DNA of 63,691 nt, the filler included, from Reclinomonas americana ATCC 50394 (taxonomy: Eukaryota), in assembly GCA_048213135.1 (NCBI GenBank). It is 15 parts of 13 records of this genome, joined end to end, with 100 filler letters (N's around TTAATTAATTAA, not from the genome) between each part and the next. Parts side by side here need not be neighbours in the genome. Positions count along the whole stretch, not along the records: positions 15,146 to 27,354 come from PS016030.1; positions 27,455 to 30,651 come from AFZH01016493.1; positions 30,752 to 37,617 come from AFZH01016494.1; positions 37,718 to 41,652 come from PS016031.1; positions 41,753 to 45,717 come from PS016032.1; 10 more parts are not named here. One strand, given 5' to 3'. This document shows, one piece after another, positions 25,893 through 42,192 of this stretch; within the stretch, counting starts at the first letter, position 1; each line of letters opens with the position of its first letter. The notes under the pieces are model-generated. The model saw nothing but the letters and a program-made list of their open reading frames with translations. It searched no databases and had not been told where the DNA came from. A program made the position numbers and the translations under genes.

Positions 25893-26090
25893 ACTCGAAT
25901 TCGAATTCGCAGTTGCGCAAGAAATCGATATTGGGTCGCAGTCCTTCGTACAACAACAGCAACGACAACAACTTTACTAATCCAAACAGCAACACAGCTG
26001 TATGATGATCGCCATGTTGAGTGAGCGTCAGAAACTGAAAAAAGCGATAAAAATCGAATTGTCATGCTGGCGTTTCTGCAAGAGAAATCG
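25893..26090 (+). repeat. Dispersed ~190-bp repeat, copy 1
   Basis: Shares GAATTCGAATTC, ACAACAACTTTAC, CAGCTG.ATGATGATC, AAAAATCGAA.TGTC and ATGCTGGCGTTTCTGCAAGAGAAA in the same order with 37726-37910. Confidence 0.8.
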
Positions 26091-26680
26091 TGCGCAAAGG
26101 TGCTCAGCAAGCTTGCCCAAGCAAGGAATTCCTCCCGCATGTGGAAGACAAGGTCCAGCTGGCGTGCATTAGCCTTCAGAACAGCAGGCGATTTGATTGA
26201 GTTTCGAAATCGAATTCGCTTCAGCGACAACTGGCTGCGACGTCGAATTCGTTCTTACGAACCGGACTGCGGTTGCATGCTCCCGCCGACGCACACAGCC
26301 CACCAGCAACACTGCCCAGGCACGCAGACAAACGCAACACCTCACCGGACGCACTCCGCGCGCGAACAAACGTCGACGTCGACGCAGTGAAGCATCGCAT
26401 CGGAGCCCCTCCACCGCACTCCGCAACACTCTCCACACTCATCACATCATTCTACGCATACAATACACTCTCCGACGCCACTCCGACACAAGCCACTTCT
26501 GGCGCACTTGCGCAGAGGACATTTGCATTTTTTCGATCAACGTCTGCGCTCCACCACACTCCGCAACACTTTCCACACTTACCACATCATTCTACGCCCG
26601 CACAACACTCTCCGACACCACTCCGACAACTTCTAGCACACACAGGACAACACTCTCTTTTATTTAATTTTTCAAAATCC

Positions 26681-29740
<3,060 letters not shown>

Positions 29741-29893
29741 TAACGATAGGATGAGTGGGAGAAATGTTGATGTATGAAATGATGAAGCGAATGCGTTTAT
29801 TGATACACTGCCTAGTCTCGTTGCCACCACCTATTCTTTTTTTCACACACGAATTCAAACACCCTCCATTCAGAGATAAAGAATGCTTTTCTG

Positions 29894-30618
29894 TTATCGG
29901 TAGTACTCGGCCTCGGCGCCGGCCACCGAGTAATCGCCGCCACCGTATTCGTCGCCGTACTGTGCTGTCGTGTCTCCGCTCTCGTCCAGCATGCGTGCAA
30001 TCAACTCGCGATTCTGGCCCTCGTTGGTCTTTGGCGCAAACGTGCATACCTGCGCAGGTCACGTGATGAGAGAGAGAGAGACACACAGCGATGCACGTCT
30101 TCGAAGATGAGAGCACGCACCTCACGCTCCTGCTGCAATAGTGCATCGCGAATGCGCTTGGAGCGCTGCTCCGAATGGTACGTCTGAGCAGCATGAGGTC
30201 AGTACTTGCACTACGGCACGCTGAATAGACGCTTGCTCGTGACACACCTTGTGCAACGCAAATGGCTTGGGCGCGGTGAAGAGAGTGGCGGGACCGGCCG
30301 GGTTGACCTTGAACACCTTCTCCTCGCGCTCCTTGAGCTCCTGCTGCTGCTTGATGGCCATCTCTTGTCGCTCCAGATGCCGGCCAAAGCCGCGAATGAC
30401 AATTGGTCCACTTGGCGCCGATACCTTGCTGCGAGAGGTGTCGGGCTTGAAGGTGCACCCGTCAAGCTCCTCGTACTCGCGCTGCTTTCTGATTTCCTCC
30501 AGCTTCTTCTCCTGTTATTTAAAAGGAAGAGAGTTAGCACAGCGCGCAGACCATTCCTCTCTCTCTCTCCCTCCTTCTCTCTTGCGCGCACATGCTGCTT
30601 TCCCTCCGTCAGTCTTTC

Positions 30619-30651
<33 letters not shown>

Positions 30652-30777
30652 NNNNNNNNNNNNNNNNNNNNNNNNNNNNNNNNNNNNNNNNNNNNTTAAT
30701 TAATTAANNNNNNNNNNNNNNNNNNNNNNNNNNNNNNNNNNNNNNNNNNNNTCTCGTCTTCCTTCCGTCCTCGTCTT

Positions 30778-30829
<52 letters not shown>

Positions 30830-33800
30830 CTCCGTCAGTCTCTCTTCTCTACAATAGAAACTTCACTGATCCATACACAACAATGAGCATCTACCAGTGA
30901 TCGCCAACAAGTCTCGTGTGCTTTCCTTCTACAACTAAAACTGTTTTAAGTGTGTTGTCGATGTTGAAGAATAAAGCCCTATTCAGGACACACAGCCTCC
31001 AGGCCAAAGAAGACTTCGTCAGCAGTGACCACTAGAAGACGTCCCTCCCTCTTCCTGTCTGTCGCATTCCCTCCCTCCCTCCCTCCCTCCTCTCTCTCTC
31101 CCTCCCCCTCCCTCCCTCTCGTACACACACCTTGGTCTTGCGTTGCACCTCGAGCTTCTGCAGCAGACGATCGGGATTCTTCACATCCAGTCGGAACTTG
31201 CTGTTGGGAATCGGCGTCGAGTGAATGTGTGGCCGGAACGTGCACTCCTGCGAGAGCTCCGCATTGACGGCCTCGGCGACCTCCTGCTTGATGATCTTGG
31301 CGCGCTCATTCGACACGAGCTCGTCCAGTGAGCTGGGGCGACCAATGGCTTGCGAAATGCGGTTGATGTTTGGCTTGAACTAGATTTGAAGAGAGAAGCG
31401 CGTGTAAGAGAGGCGAAGGGGCAATGGAGGGAGGTGGGGTGAATAGAGACGCAACAGAAAACTGTTGATAATAACTCTCCTGCTCACAAAAACAACGATG
31501 GGCGAAATGATGAGATAACGAGAAGCATCGCGCGACTGCTGCGGCGAACAACGCAACTGCAATACTCTCGCGCAACGCCTCGGTGCGCTCGCGGTCGTGG
31601 AACGCCAGTCTTTCGACCACATCCTCCTCGCTCTCGCCGTACCGACTGATCTTGCTGCTGACGAGAACCTCGCTCTCCCGGGAGATTTGCGGCTTGAACG
31701 TGAGGTCCTCGTCCACCGTCTCGTGCTGACGCTGCCGTTTCCGTCGCTCGTACGTGTTCTGTCGCTCCAAGAAGTCGCGGTTGGCGCCCGCAAACAGGTC
31801 GCTCTCTTGCACAATGCGCTCGCTGGTCGGGTTCACCGACGGCGCAAAGGTGCAGTCCTCGCGGAGCTTGCGCTCGTATTCCTCTTGCTTGCGGAGTTTG
31901 CGCTCGTAGACCGCCGCCTGGCCGTCGTCGAAGGAGCGTGACATGCGTTCGGTGATTTTGGCGGAAGTCTGCATGGGGGGAGAAGGGGGGAGAAGGGGAA
32001 GGGTGAGGGGGGAGGGGGGAAGGGGGAAGGCGGTGAAGGTGAGGGGGAGGGGGGAAGGAAGGGAGAGGGAAGAGGGAACAGGACCGGCGAAACTGACGAT
32101 GGGAGCGGAAAGAGACAATTTGAGACGCTCGTCACACTGCCGCTGAGAGAAAGATAACGCAATAGACAAGAGACGAGAGAGAACGGACGACAAACGCGGC
32201 TAGGGAGCAGAGCAACAAGGCGCTTGGCTCTTGTACCACACCCTGCTGCTTCGCCAGAGTCACAGCATTGAGGTAGAACTGACGGCAGACATGGGAAGGA
32301 GAAACAGAGAAAGAGGAGATTGTCACTCCATTCCCGTGCTGCCGCGATACGACAGCGCAGGAGGACCAGAAATACGAGAGAGAAGGAGTGAATGAAGACA
32401 AACGTGGCACAGGAGCAGAGCAAGGCGGCGCTTGTCGCTTGTCTCACTGCTGGTTCGATAACGCAGCACCACAGATAGACAGAAAGAGAGAGAGAGAGGA
32501 GGCACAAGGAACGGCAGACAGGCAGACAGCGAGAACAAGAGACGAGAATTACACCAAATGAAAGACAGGAAAAGAGAGAGAGAGAGAGAGAATGAAAGAC
32601 AGAAATGAAAGCCTCTATCTTGCCAGGGAAGCAGGTGAGTGTCGTCGCGTCAAACTCACCGGATTGAGTTTCGGGCTGAACGTCAGGTCGGGATTGTTGT
32701 ACTCGTACTCCAGACGCATCTTGTGCAGCTTTTCGCTCTTTTCTGCTCCCCCGAGGCGCGTTGGCGAACAGGAATGCACACACTGTGAGGCACAGAGAGA
32801 CGACAAACCTCGCTGCAACTCGCCGACTCGCTCGTGCGGCGGCTTGTACGAGGTGGGATCAAAGAATTGCGGGTTGACGCGCACTTGTGGCTGGAAGCTC
32901 AATTGCTGCACCAGCTGCTCCTCCTCCGCACGCTTCAGACGATCGCGCATCGCCGCACGCCTGTCTGCCTCGTGGTGCAGGCGTTCGGTGAGCGGCAGCT
33001 GCTGCCGCAGGACCGCCATGGCAGAGCGCTTCTGCGCCGAGCCGAGCACAGCCTGCAGACGATAGAGTGAGCCAGACACACCAGAAAGCGACCGCTGCGC
33101 GAAAATCACAACGCAACGGCTGGCACTCGCGTGTTCACGGCCGGCTTGAATGTGCACTCTTGCTCCAATCTCTGCCGCTCCGCCTCCAGACGCTCCTGCT
33201 CGCGACGGCTCAACTCCTCGCGTCGCGACCGCGACAGCGCGGCAAAACGCTCGCCACGTGTGCGCGGACCGCCCTGCTTACTTGACGAGTGTTCGTTGAT
33301 CTTGGGCGTGAATGTGCACTGCATGAACTGTGGGTAAGCGACATGTCCAGTGTCGTCGACAACGACAACTCACGTCACACAAACCGTGCTCTTCTCTTCC
33401 TCCTCCAGCTGTCGCGCAATGAGTTCCTTGCTCTTGCGACTGGGCTTGAGCTCGCTCGAAGCGAAGCGGAACTCCTCCACACGAGTCACCCGACGGTCGC
33501 CGCGGTGCGACGGCGACTGTGGCCGCGCACCCGACGAGTATCCCGCCGACCCGTCACTCACCCCACTGCCGGCAGACACAGAGCGCGACGGTCGACCACT
33601 GTCGCCGTTGCTCTGAGCGCGGCGGTGCTGCGGTCGCGAGGCGCGCTTCTCATCGTCGTCATCCAACTGCGATTGCACACGGCGATGTGGCTGCTGACGC
33701 TGCGGCTGTGGCTGCTGACGTGCCTGTGCCTGCGGTCGTGCACGTCCTCGTGGTTGCTCCTCGTCCTCATTGCCGCCGTTGCGATAGTAGCCGCCACCCC

Positions 33801-36456
33801 GATCATCGTCGTCGTGATCACCGCGCTCCTCGTCCTCGTCTCCCACATCATCGTCGTCGTGATGTCCCACCGCGGCACCTTCCTCCTCCTCCTCGTCCTC
33901 CTCTTCCTCCTCCTGTCGACTGTCGTCATACGGCGCGCCACCGTCATCGTCGTCGTGCGGCTGGTAGCGTGAACGACGTGAGCGCTCAATGTACGCATCC
34001 TCCACATTGGGCTCGCCTGTCGGAGGATGGAATGAGAGAATACCATGAAGATCTCTTGACAGCAAATGAACCAACCGTCGGCGTCGTACGTCGGAACCCC
34101 CGAGCCATTCGGGTACCAGCTCGGTCCTCCGTGCGCGGCAGGCGCCGCCGAGGGTGCGGAGCGCTGTGATTGGGGAATGAGGAGACATAAAAGCAGGCGA
34201 CTGTGTGATGACAGAAGAGCATACCCTGTCAGCAGCGGGCGGATCCTGCCAGGCCACGGCTGCGGAGCGTCGCGAACCCGGTGAATTCTGCGCATGACGG
34301 TTGGCATAGTGGCGCAACGATACAGACGAGAAAAGGGGTGCACACAACGGCTTCCGACGGAGTGGTGGAGGTGGTGGTGGCGGTGGAGGCCAGCGGGCGC
34401 TGAGAGGCGGCAGCAGAGGCCGACACACCGCCCTTTTGCTGCTTGTGCTGCTCGCGAAGCCGTGACACTAGCTCTTCCTTTTTCGAGTCCTGCAGACGAG
34501 GCCGGTAGTCTCGTGGTTGAACGGCCAGCAGCTCGGCACTGGCGGCCAGGGCGTCTGCGGAGGTGTGAGCGAGAGAAGGGATGGCGAAGAGAGAGAGAGA
34601 GAGAGAGAGAGACATGAGGAGGACCTTGTGATGGGAGAGCGCGAGCGGCAGCAGCAGGGGATGGACCGCCTCGCACGGTGGCGCCGAGTCCACTGCTCGA
34701 GGGGGCCGCGGAGTTTAATCGTTCCATGGCCTCCTGGCGACGCGTGTCCTGTGGCGCGGGAATGAGGATCGGGAGATGAATAGAGAAAGGGTGGTGTGTG
34801 AAAGAGCTCACCGACAGGCGGGAGGGTGAGCCGCGGCCACCACCGGAGGAGGAGGCGGGGGAGGCGGAGGCGGCGGCGGCGGCGGCGGCGTAGACGGCGG
34901 AGGGGGCGGGGGTGGGGGTGGGGGTGGGGGTGGGGGTGGGGGTGGGGGTGGGGGCGGAGCGGGTGGGTCCTGGGGGGAAGGGGGGAAAGGGGGGGAAAGG
35001 GGGAAGGGGGAGGTGAGGGCGAAGGGGAGGGAGGGGGAGAAGCAAGGGAAAGGGGGAGAAGTGATTCGGTAGAGCAGAGAGAACGCAGAAGAATGAGTGA
35101 GGGAAAGTTGTTCTATGGACGTGCATGCGACGTGGTAACACGGCCTGTGCCACTCACCACAACGCACACACGCGATAAGAGAGAGACAGAGACAACGAAT
35201 GCGCTTCCCGCTCGCGGCAAACGCAAATCACAATTCAATCATGCATGATCATCGCCCCCGTCGTCATTGTGGCGCGAGACCAAACAAACAAGCAACATGA
35301 AGTGGCGGAAAGAAGGACAAAGAGAAGATGTTGAATTCTACATGACGAGCAGAGAACGAAGAGAGCGAGCGAGGCGTAAAAAATTGAAAGCGTTCCCACG
35401 ATCGCTGAGGACGAAGGGCAGATACAGACGCAGCTGGGACAGATGCATTGAGATCGAGTGCAGAGGGAGATAGAAGCTGACGCTGTGAAGCGTGGACTCC
35501 GTGCGTGCGAAGAAGAGAGCGTGAGACTGCGAGAAGGAGAAAGTGTAGCGCGTCCAACATGTGGCATTCACACAGAGGGAGCGAGAGAGACAAGCTGAGG
35601 CCATGAAGCACCGAGAGACGAAGGATAGATCGTGCATGAAGCACTGACAGCGAGAGAGAGAGAGAGAGAAACCGAGGCCGTGCTTGAGGGCAAGTGCATG
35701 GGAAGGAGAGCATGGGAAGGCGAGAAGGAGGGACAGTAATGCATCCAGAGAAACCGAAGTTGTGTACACAAAGAGAAGGAGATTAGGAGAACGAGAGACA
35801 CAAGATGAGTGTGAGAATGCGAGAAGGAGAGACAGTGAGGCATCCAGGGTGAGAGGCAGAGAAGTTGTGTACACAGAGAGAAGGAGAACGAGAGACACAA
35901 GCTGAGCGTGAGAATGCGAGAAGGGGAGACAGTGAGACATCCAGGGTGAGAGTTAGAGAAACCGAAGTTGTGTACACAACGGGAAGGAGATCAGGAGAAG
36001 GAGGGACACAAGCTTAGCGCGAGAATGCGAGAAGGAGAGACAGTGAGGCATCCAGAGATCAGGAGAACGACAGACACCAGCTGAGCGCGAGAATTCGAGA
36101 AGGAGAGACAGTGAGGCATCCAGGGTGAGAGGCAGAGACAGTGAGGCATCCAGAGATCGGGAGAACGAGAGACACAAGCTGAGGCTAAGAAGCACAGACA
36201 TCGTGTGCACGCGAAGGAGAGACTCCAGTGGAAGGAGAGGTTCCCTCTCTCACAGGCACTCACCAGCCACCGGAGCCTGCGCACTCAACAACCTATTCTC
36301 ACTCTGCACTTGAGGCACAGTCACAGGCACTGCTGCTGCTGGTGGTGCTGTTCCTGGTGTTTGCTGCTGGGCAACTCTCAATGAAAACATGTCGCGTTCC
36401 AGGTACGACTCGCACAGACGGATCTGAGCTTCCACTTCCTCGAGAGTCGAGTCCAT
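29894..36456 (-). CDS. Large coiled-coil protein with repeated (E/D)CTFxPx(I/V)N motifs (TPX2-like repeats, probably microtubule-associated)
   Basis: Repeats QCTFTPKIN, ECTFKPAVN, LTFSPKLN, DCTFAPSVN, LTFKPQIS, FSFKPNIN, ECTFRPHI, GCTFKPDT and VCTFAPKTN, plus IVIRGFGRHLERQ. First coding exon MDSTLEEVEAQIRLCESYLERD; stop TAA at 29894. Confidence 0.75.
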
Positions 36457-37131
36457 TCTGTAAGAGAGAGAGAGAGAGAGCAGAGTGAGTGAGAGAGAGT
36501 GTGTAAGTGTGTGAGGGAGGGAGTGAGTGAGTGAGTGAGTGAGCGAGTGTGTGAGTGAGAGTGAGAGTGATGTGTGTGTGTGTCTGTGAGAGAGACTGTG
36601 TGTGTGTACCTGTGTGTGTGTGAGAGAGAGAGTGTGTGAGTGAGTGAAAGAGTGTGTGCAAGAGTACGTGCAAGAGTGTGAGTGAGAGACTCATTGCTCG
36701 CTCTCTATCACACTCTCACTCCTCTCTCTCTCTCTCACTCTCACTCTAAGAGAGTAACTGTTTGTGTGAGAGAGTGATTGCAGCGGTTTGTGTGTGTGTG
36801 TGTCAGAGTGGCACGTGCTCAGGACGCATATTGGATGAAAAGACACATAGAGAGAGTCTCTGTGTGTGCGTGTGTGTGTGCGTGACATACTGTGTGAGAG
36901 AGACAGACAGACAGACAGACGCGTGCAGTTGATCAAGCGAGTGTGATTGTGTGTGTGGCAATGAGGCCCGCACCCGTTCTGATCTTGAAACGGAATAGAT
37001 TTTCACGGTTCGCATGGGTCGACGGACATAGAAACTGATATTTAATTGTTCGTGTTCGTTTTCGTGGACGTGCAAGCTGCTGCGGCGCATGGTGATGAAG
37101 AATAACACTTTCTGAGTAGCGTGTGGAATAG

Positions 37132-37617
37132 TTGGGAAAGAATTCGCCACCTGTGCGCGTTCTCGGGCTCTTCCACAACTTCGGCGAGGTGGCCAACACA
37201 CCCGGCCTGAACAAGGTTACCGAACTGCTCGACAAGAAGATCAAGGTCAACGGGCAGACGCTGGCGGACTCGATGCTGCATCCGACCCACAAGGTCAATG
37301 CCATCAAGCGGTTCATTGTGCCATCGGCAGCGTTCTACTCGCTGGGCGGTATGGTGACGGACACCATGGCCAAGAACTACGACAAGGCCATCATCCGGCA
37401 ATGCAAGATGTCGCTCGGTCTCACCACCACAACAAAAACCAGACACGGTGGCGAACGAGACAAGGGTATCAAGACTGCCAGCAAGATGATCAACTGCAAC
37501 GGCCCTGAAGGCTTTGGTGTCACACCGCTCAACCAGCACAACGACGCCATGCGGATGCGCCACTCTGTCTACATGATGGAGAAGGCCGCACCCAAGAGCC
37601 GGGCCATTTACCTTCAA
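37132..37617 (+). mobile_element. 5'-truncated non-LTR retrotransposon ORF fragment (RT domain 7 / thumb region), cut by a gap
   Basis: VRVLG ... SMLHPTHKVNAIKRFIVPSAAFY ... YDKAIIRQCKMSLGL ... GPEGFGVTPL resembles the YLG ... LxPxxKxxxIxxxxxP ... GGLG layout of non-LTR RT thumb regions. Intronless, with a different codon style. Confidence 0.65.
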
Positions 37618-37725
37618 NNNNNNNNNNNNNNNNNNNNNNNNNNNNNNNNNNNNNNNNNNNNTTAATTAATTAANNNNNNNNNNNNNNNNNNNNNNNNNNN
37701 NNNNNNNNNNNNNNNNNTTTGTTAG

Positions 37726-38156
37726 GAATTCGAATTCAGCAGTTGCTTGTCATCGCGCTTCACCACCGACCTGAGAAAACAACAACAACTTTACCAATCC
37801 AGACAGCAACGCAGCTGCATGATGATCACTATCTTGAGTGAACTGAGACATCACGAAAAAAAGCGAGAAAAAATCGAACTGTCTTATGCTGGCGTTTCTG
37901 CAAGAGAAACCACGGCAGGTGACAAGCATGGATATGACGCCGGAAAGCATTACCACGCAGAATGCTCGTCTCGTGGCCTCGCAGTGACAACATCACCCTT
38001 CTTCTTCTTCTGCAAACTGCTCTATTGCTGCCTACATTCTTCACGATAATAGCATAATGTTGGCTTACTGCATACCTATGATTGATTCCCTGGCCGACCA
38101 GATGTACGTCTCAAGATGGCGATCATCACGCAGCTGTTTAGTAAAGTTGTTGTTCT
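37726..38156. repeat. Dispersed repeat copy 2 plus an inverted partial copy
   Basis: 37726-37910 matches 25893-26090. 38110-38156 is the reverse complement of the ACAACAACTTTAC...CAGCTG..TGATGATC...TCTTGAG core. Confidence 0.75.
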
Positions 38157-38240
38157 GCAAAAAACATGCCAGCACAATGCACCCACCACCACATTTCGCA
38201 TAACGATACAATTAATTAGAATCCCCTTCCCTCCCCTACA

Positions 38241-40356
38241 TCACGATGCACCCACACCACCAATCCCTCCTCCCCCTCCGCCCACCTCCTCCGCCCGCAC
38301 CAAGTGCAAATGATAAAACACTTGCTGCTTCGGGTTGCGCGACTGAATATCGGCGAGGAAATTGAGCGGCGGGTTGCCGAGGAACATGCCGTCGTACAGC
38401 GACCGCTCCTGCCACACGCATACCACATCGTCAGCACTTTCCCTCCTTTCCCTCTACCTCCCTCCCACCACACGCACCTCCAAATCCTCCAAATTCTCAC
38501 TGTGCAACACCGGCTGGTAAAACATCGGGCTCTCCACCAGCGTGCCAAACGGGAACTTGGAGCCCGGCTCCCACCGCGTCGTCGCCTCCGACTGTGGGGG
38601 CAACGACATTCCTCCTCCTCCGCCCACGCCCACACCCACCGCCATGGCGGCAATGGGCATCGCCGCCACGTCTGCGCTGCGCGACCGTCCAGGCGGGCGT
38701 GGCGGAACCGGACTCGGCGATAATCTCTCGCGCTTGCCGAGTCGCGACGAGTCGGTCTGTGACAATTTCTTCGAGTCAGATCAATCGTCATCATCGCGCC
38801 AATAGTTAGAGAAGCTGGCACGCAACAGCATCCACGGATTTCCGGCCTGGTCTCGGGCGGCCAACCTCCTCCCCCGACGGCACCACCTCGCTCTCACTTT
38901 CGCCGCGCCGTGCCCGCGCTCCGGACTTTCGCGCCGACGCATCGTCCGACACAGTGGCATTGCGCCGGCTGCTCGGCGCTCCGACTCCACCGCCCTGCAG
39001 GCGCACCTTCAACACGCGACCGCTTTCGACCGGCTCCGCCATTTTCACGTCGACCGTCCGCGTGGCCTTGCCACTCTTGTGATTGTCCACACCATTGGCC
39101 TTGCCATCCTCGCCGTCATCGTCTCCGTCCTCCTGCTCCTCTCCCTCTCCTGCCCCCTCCTCCGCCTCCTCGTCATCGTCGTCCCCGCCAATCGCCGACT
39201 GTGACTTGCGTGGTCTCAACCGCGTATGAATGCCGACTCGAGCGCGCGTGGCTCCGCCGCCGCCGCCGCCGCCACCGCTGCCGTTGCCACCATCAAAGTC
39301 CGCATCGCCCATGGCCACATCCATCGCCTCGAGCCCACTGTCGTTGGTGCCGGCGGTGACCGACAGGTCGGAGCGCGTCGAGTCCACCGACCCAAACGTC
39401 ACGCGCTGCATGCGGAAGCGCGACTGTTGTGGGTGTTGGAGAAGGAGAGCGGGGGGTGGAGGCGGCTGCCGCGTCGATCCGTGTTGCTGCTGCTGCTGCT
39501 GTTGTAGCAATTGCTGTTGCACGTGCTGCACGTGCGGATGCTGGTACTTGTACGACGACACAACGTCCAGTGCGGCGGCAGGCGGCGTGCTGGCCACCAT
39601 TTCTGTGCGGGACGACAATGCATGAGAATTCATGAACACGAGAGAGAGAGAGAGAAAAAACGAGTGCACGGACCTCCCGCCACTCGCGCCGTCGGTGTGC
39701 CCGGTGCCTCGCTACCGGAATCAGCGGGTGGCGTGGGCGCCACGGCGGCAGTGCCTGGCGTGGCCGGACTCGCAGCGGTCGGCTGCCGGGTACGACGCCG
39801 CGAGGACGACGCCCCGGCCATGGCGCCGACTCGCAGCAGTTTCGAGTCCGAGTCGGCGGAGGGATGGCGTACTGCGACCGAGAGAGTGAGAGGCGAAGAG
39901 ACATTCAAAAGGGGGAAACCGAGCCACTCAACTGTGCAGCGTTGCCGGCAGGACCATTGGCAGCAGCGGCGGCGCAGTGTGCATTGCATCACTCGACGTC
40001 TTGGCTGTGTCCGAGGCCGACGACGCCGTGGGCGTGCCGGCGGGCGTGATGGAAGTGGTGCCGTTGGCATTCGTCGGCGTGGTGGCCGTGTAGTGGCCCG
40101 TGGCGGGCGACGCGGCGCTCACCGAACCCGTAGCTGGCGAGCGAAACGCCACGCTCTGCGAGCTGACCACGCCGACGGTCGGCGTGGTGGTGGTCGTCGG
40201 CGCCATGGGCGACGGCGGTGACATGGTGTCCATGTACTGCTGGTAGCTGCTGTCGGTGGCGGAGCCCTCGTCGTCCTCCGTGGCCGGGTCGCCCTCCTTG
40301 CGCTTGTTTTTTCGCCGGCGGTTTTCGAACCAGATTTGGATGCGGTTTACGTTGGT
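38241..40356 (-). CDS. Homeobox transcription factor, 3' part (helix 3 + long low-complexity tail); upstream exons not found
   Basis: TNVNRIQIWFENRRRKNKRK is a recognition helix, followed by poly-Q, poly-G and acidic tracts. Introns restore the frame to the TGA at 38241. Confidence 0.8.
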
Positions 40357-40599
40357 CTGCAAATGAGGACGAGAGGGGAAGGGTGAGGACAAAGGCGGAA
40401 GGGGAAAGGGTGGAGTGTGAGGGGAAGAGGGAAGGGGGAGAGGGGAAAGGGTAAGGGGAAGGGTGAGGAGAAAGGGAAAATGAGAGAGTGAGGGCATGAC
40501 ACCAATACGACTCTACTGAACAGGCGCGACGGATAAACCTGCGCAGCAAGCGGATCGCTGCGGCCATCAGGCCATGGTTTCTCTCTCTCTCTCTCTGTG

Positions 40600-41513
40600 C
40601 GAGAGTGAACGAGAACGCAAACATCACGTATCTGCCTCCCTCGCAATTCGTGCACAAGGAAAAGAATCCGCAAAGAGCAGATCCCTTCATCTCGTGCAGG
40701 CACACCGACACGCAGTCTGCCTCCCTCTCTATCTGTGCACATCCAACGGGGTCTCTGTTAAGCGAATCTTGGTATCTCTGCGCACACCACGGGTTCTACA
40801 TGCCTATTTTGATCGTACCAATGCAAAAGGATCTAGTGACGAGTGGATCCCTCCCTCTCTCTTTCGAAGGTTCAAACGACAGGTCGCCACGCATCTGCCT
40901 GCCTCTCTATTTCGCGCACACGCAAAGGTATCTGCAACGAGCACATCTCGAAATGTTCGCCAATGAACACACCACGCAATCGCCACAAAGGTATCTGCGA
41001 CGAGCAGATCCCGGCATCTCCCACCCTCCATCCTCCCTCTCTACTCGCACACTCACTCTCTCTCTCTCCACGCAAGGATGCAAGTAGATCCCTTCCTTAT
41101 ACTTTCTCCTCATTCTCTCCCTCTTTCTCTCTCTCGCTTCGTGCGCACGTCTGAGATGTCGCAAAGAAACACAACAGAGCGCAACTTTCACAGCTCTCGA
41201 AAGACAAGCAGACCCCTTCCTTCTTTCTCTCTCCCATATCTTTCCTCCTGCATTCTCTCGCCTCGTCCGCACGCAAGAGACCGAACACACCACCGCACAA
41301 TCAACAACGTCACCAAGCGTCAAGCAGATCCCCTCTCCCTCGTCTCCCATGCATGCTCTCTCTCTCTCTCTCACACAGACATTCTTTCTCTCTATTCCTT
41401 CTAATCTCCCCTCGTGCGCGCAAGAGAGATATCGCAAACGAACATATCACCGCACAATCAGCAAAGCCACGATGCGTCAAGCAGATGCCTTCCACTCTCG
41501 TCTCCCAAGCATG

Positions 41514-41551
<38 letters not shown>

Positions 41552-41652
41552 TTCTGTTTCTTTCTCGCTTCCTGCGCACGTAAAAGATATCGCAAACGAA
41601 CAGATCACCGCAAAAGAAGCAAAGCCACCACGCGTCAAGCAGATGCCTTCCA
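40600..41652. repeat. Degenerate tandem duplications (probably intronic)
   Basis: Recurrent GATATCGCAAACGAACA.ATCACCGCA...GCAAAGCCAC...GCGTCAAGCAGAT units, e.g. at 41428 and 41586. Confidence 0.7.
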
Positions 41653-41768
41653 NNNNNNNNNNNNNNNNNNNNNNNNNNNNNNNNNNNNNNNNNNNNTTAA
41701 TTAATTAANNNNNNNNNNNNNNNNNNNNNNNNNNNNNNNNNNNNNNNNNNNNTGTCTCCCTCCCTCAC

Positions 41769-42052
41769 CGATTGGCCAATGTGGATCGCAGCAGAATCGG
41801 CCACACCTCAAAGTAGTCGGCCACAAAGAGGGCAAGGGCGACCCAGAACACGCGGCTCAGCACGTTGACAATGTATGCCACCCATGAGACACTGGCAGCT
41901 GCGTTGCCAGCAGCTCCCGCGCTGCATCCGAGAGGGTGAGTGATGGGGGATGTTGTTATGTGAGTGTGTGCACACACGCGCCTGTTGCTGGTGGCGTCGT
42001 TTGCCTCGGCGTTGCGACGTTCGGGGGTGATGCGGCGGGGTGGGTCGTGCAT
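41769..42052 (-). CDS. 5' part of a small membrane protein, TMEM128-like
   Basis: MHDPPRRITPERR...|...VNVLSRVFWVALALFVADYFEVWPILLRSTLANR|GTGAGG. The FW-hydrophobic helix-D/YF...NR pattern recalls TMEM128; the family call is from memory only. Confidence 0.55.
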
Positions 42053-42192
42053 GGTGGGGGATCGAGACAAGTGAAGGACGACTCGATCGGAAGAATGCAG
42101 GACAACTGCCTCCGCCCGCGCGCCGGCTTCTGCAACGCAACTTCGTTCCCTCTTCTGCATCTCACCGACCACCGAGCTCCTACTATATCATC

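Noticed and set aside
26000..26040. Box C/D snoRNA (ATGATGA ... CTGA)
   Set aside because: The boxes are too close together, there is no terminal stem, and the segment is part of a dispersed repeat.
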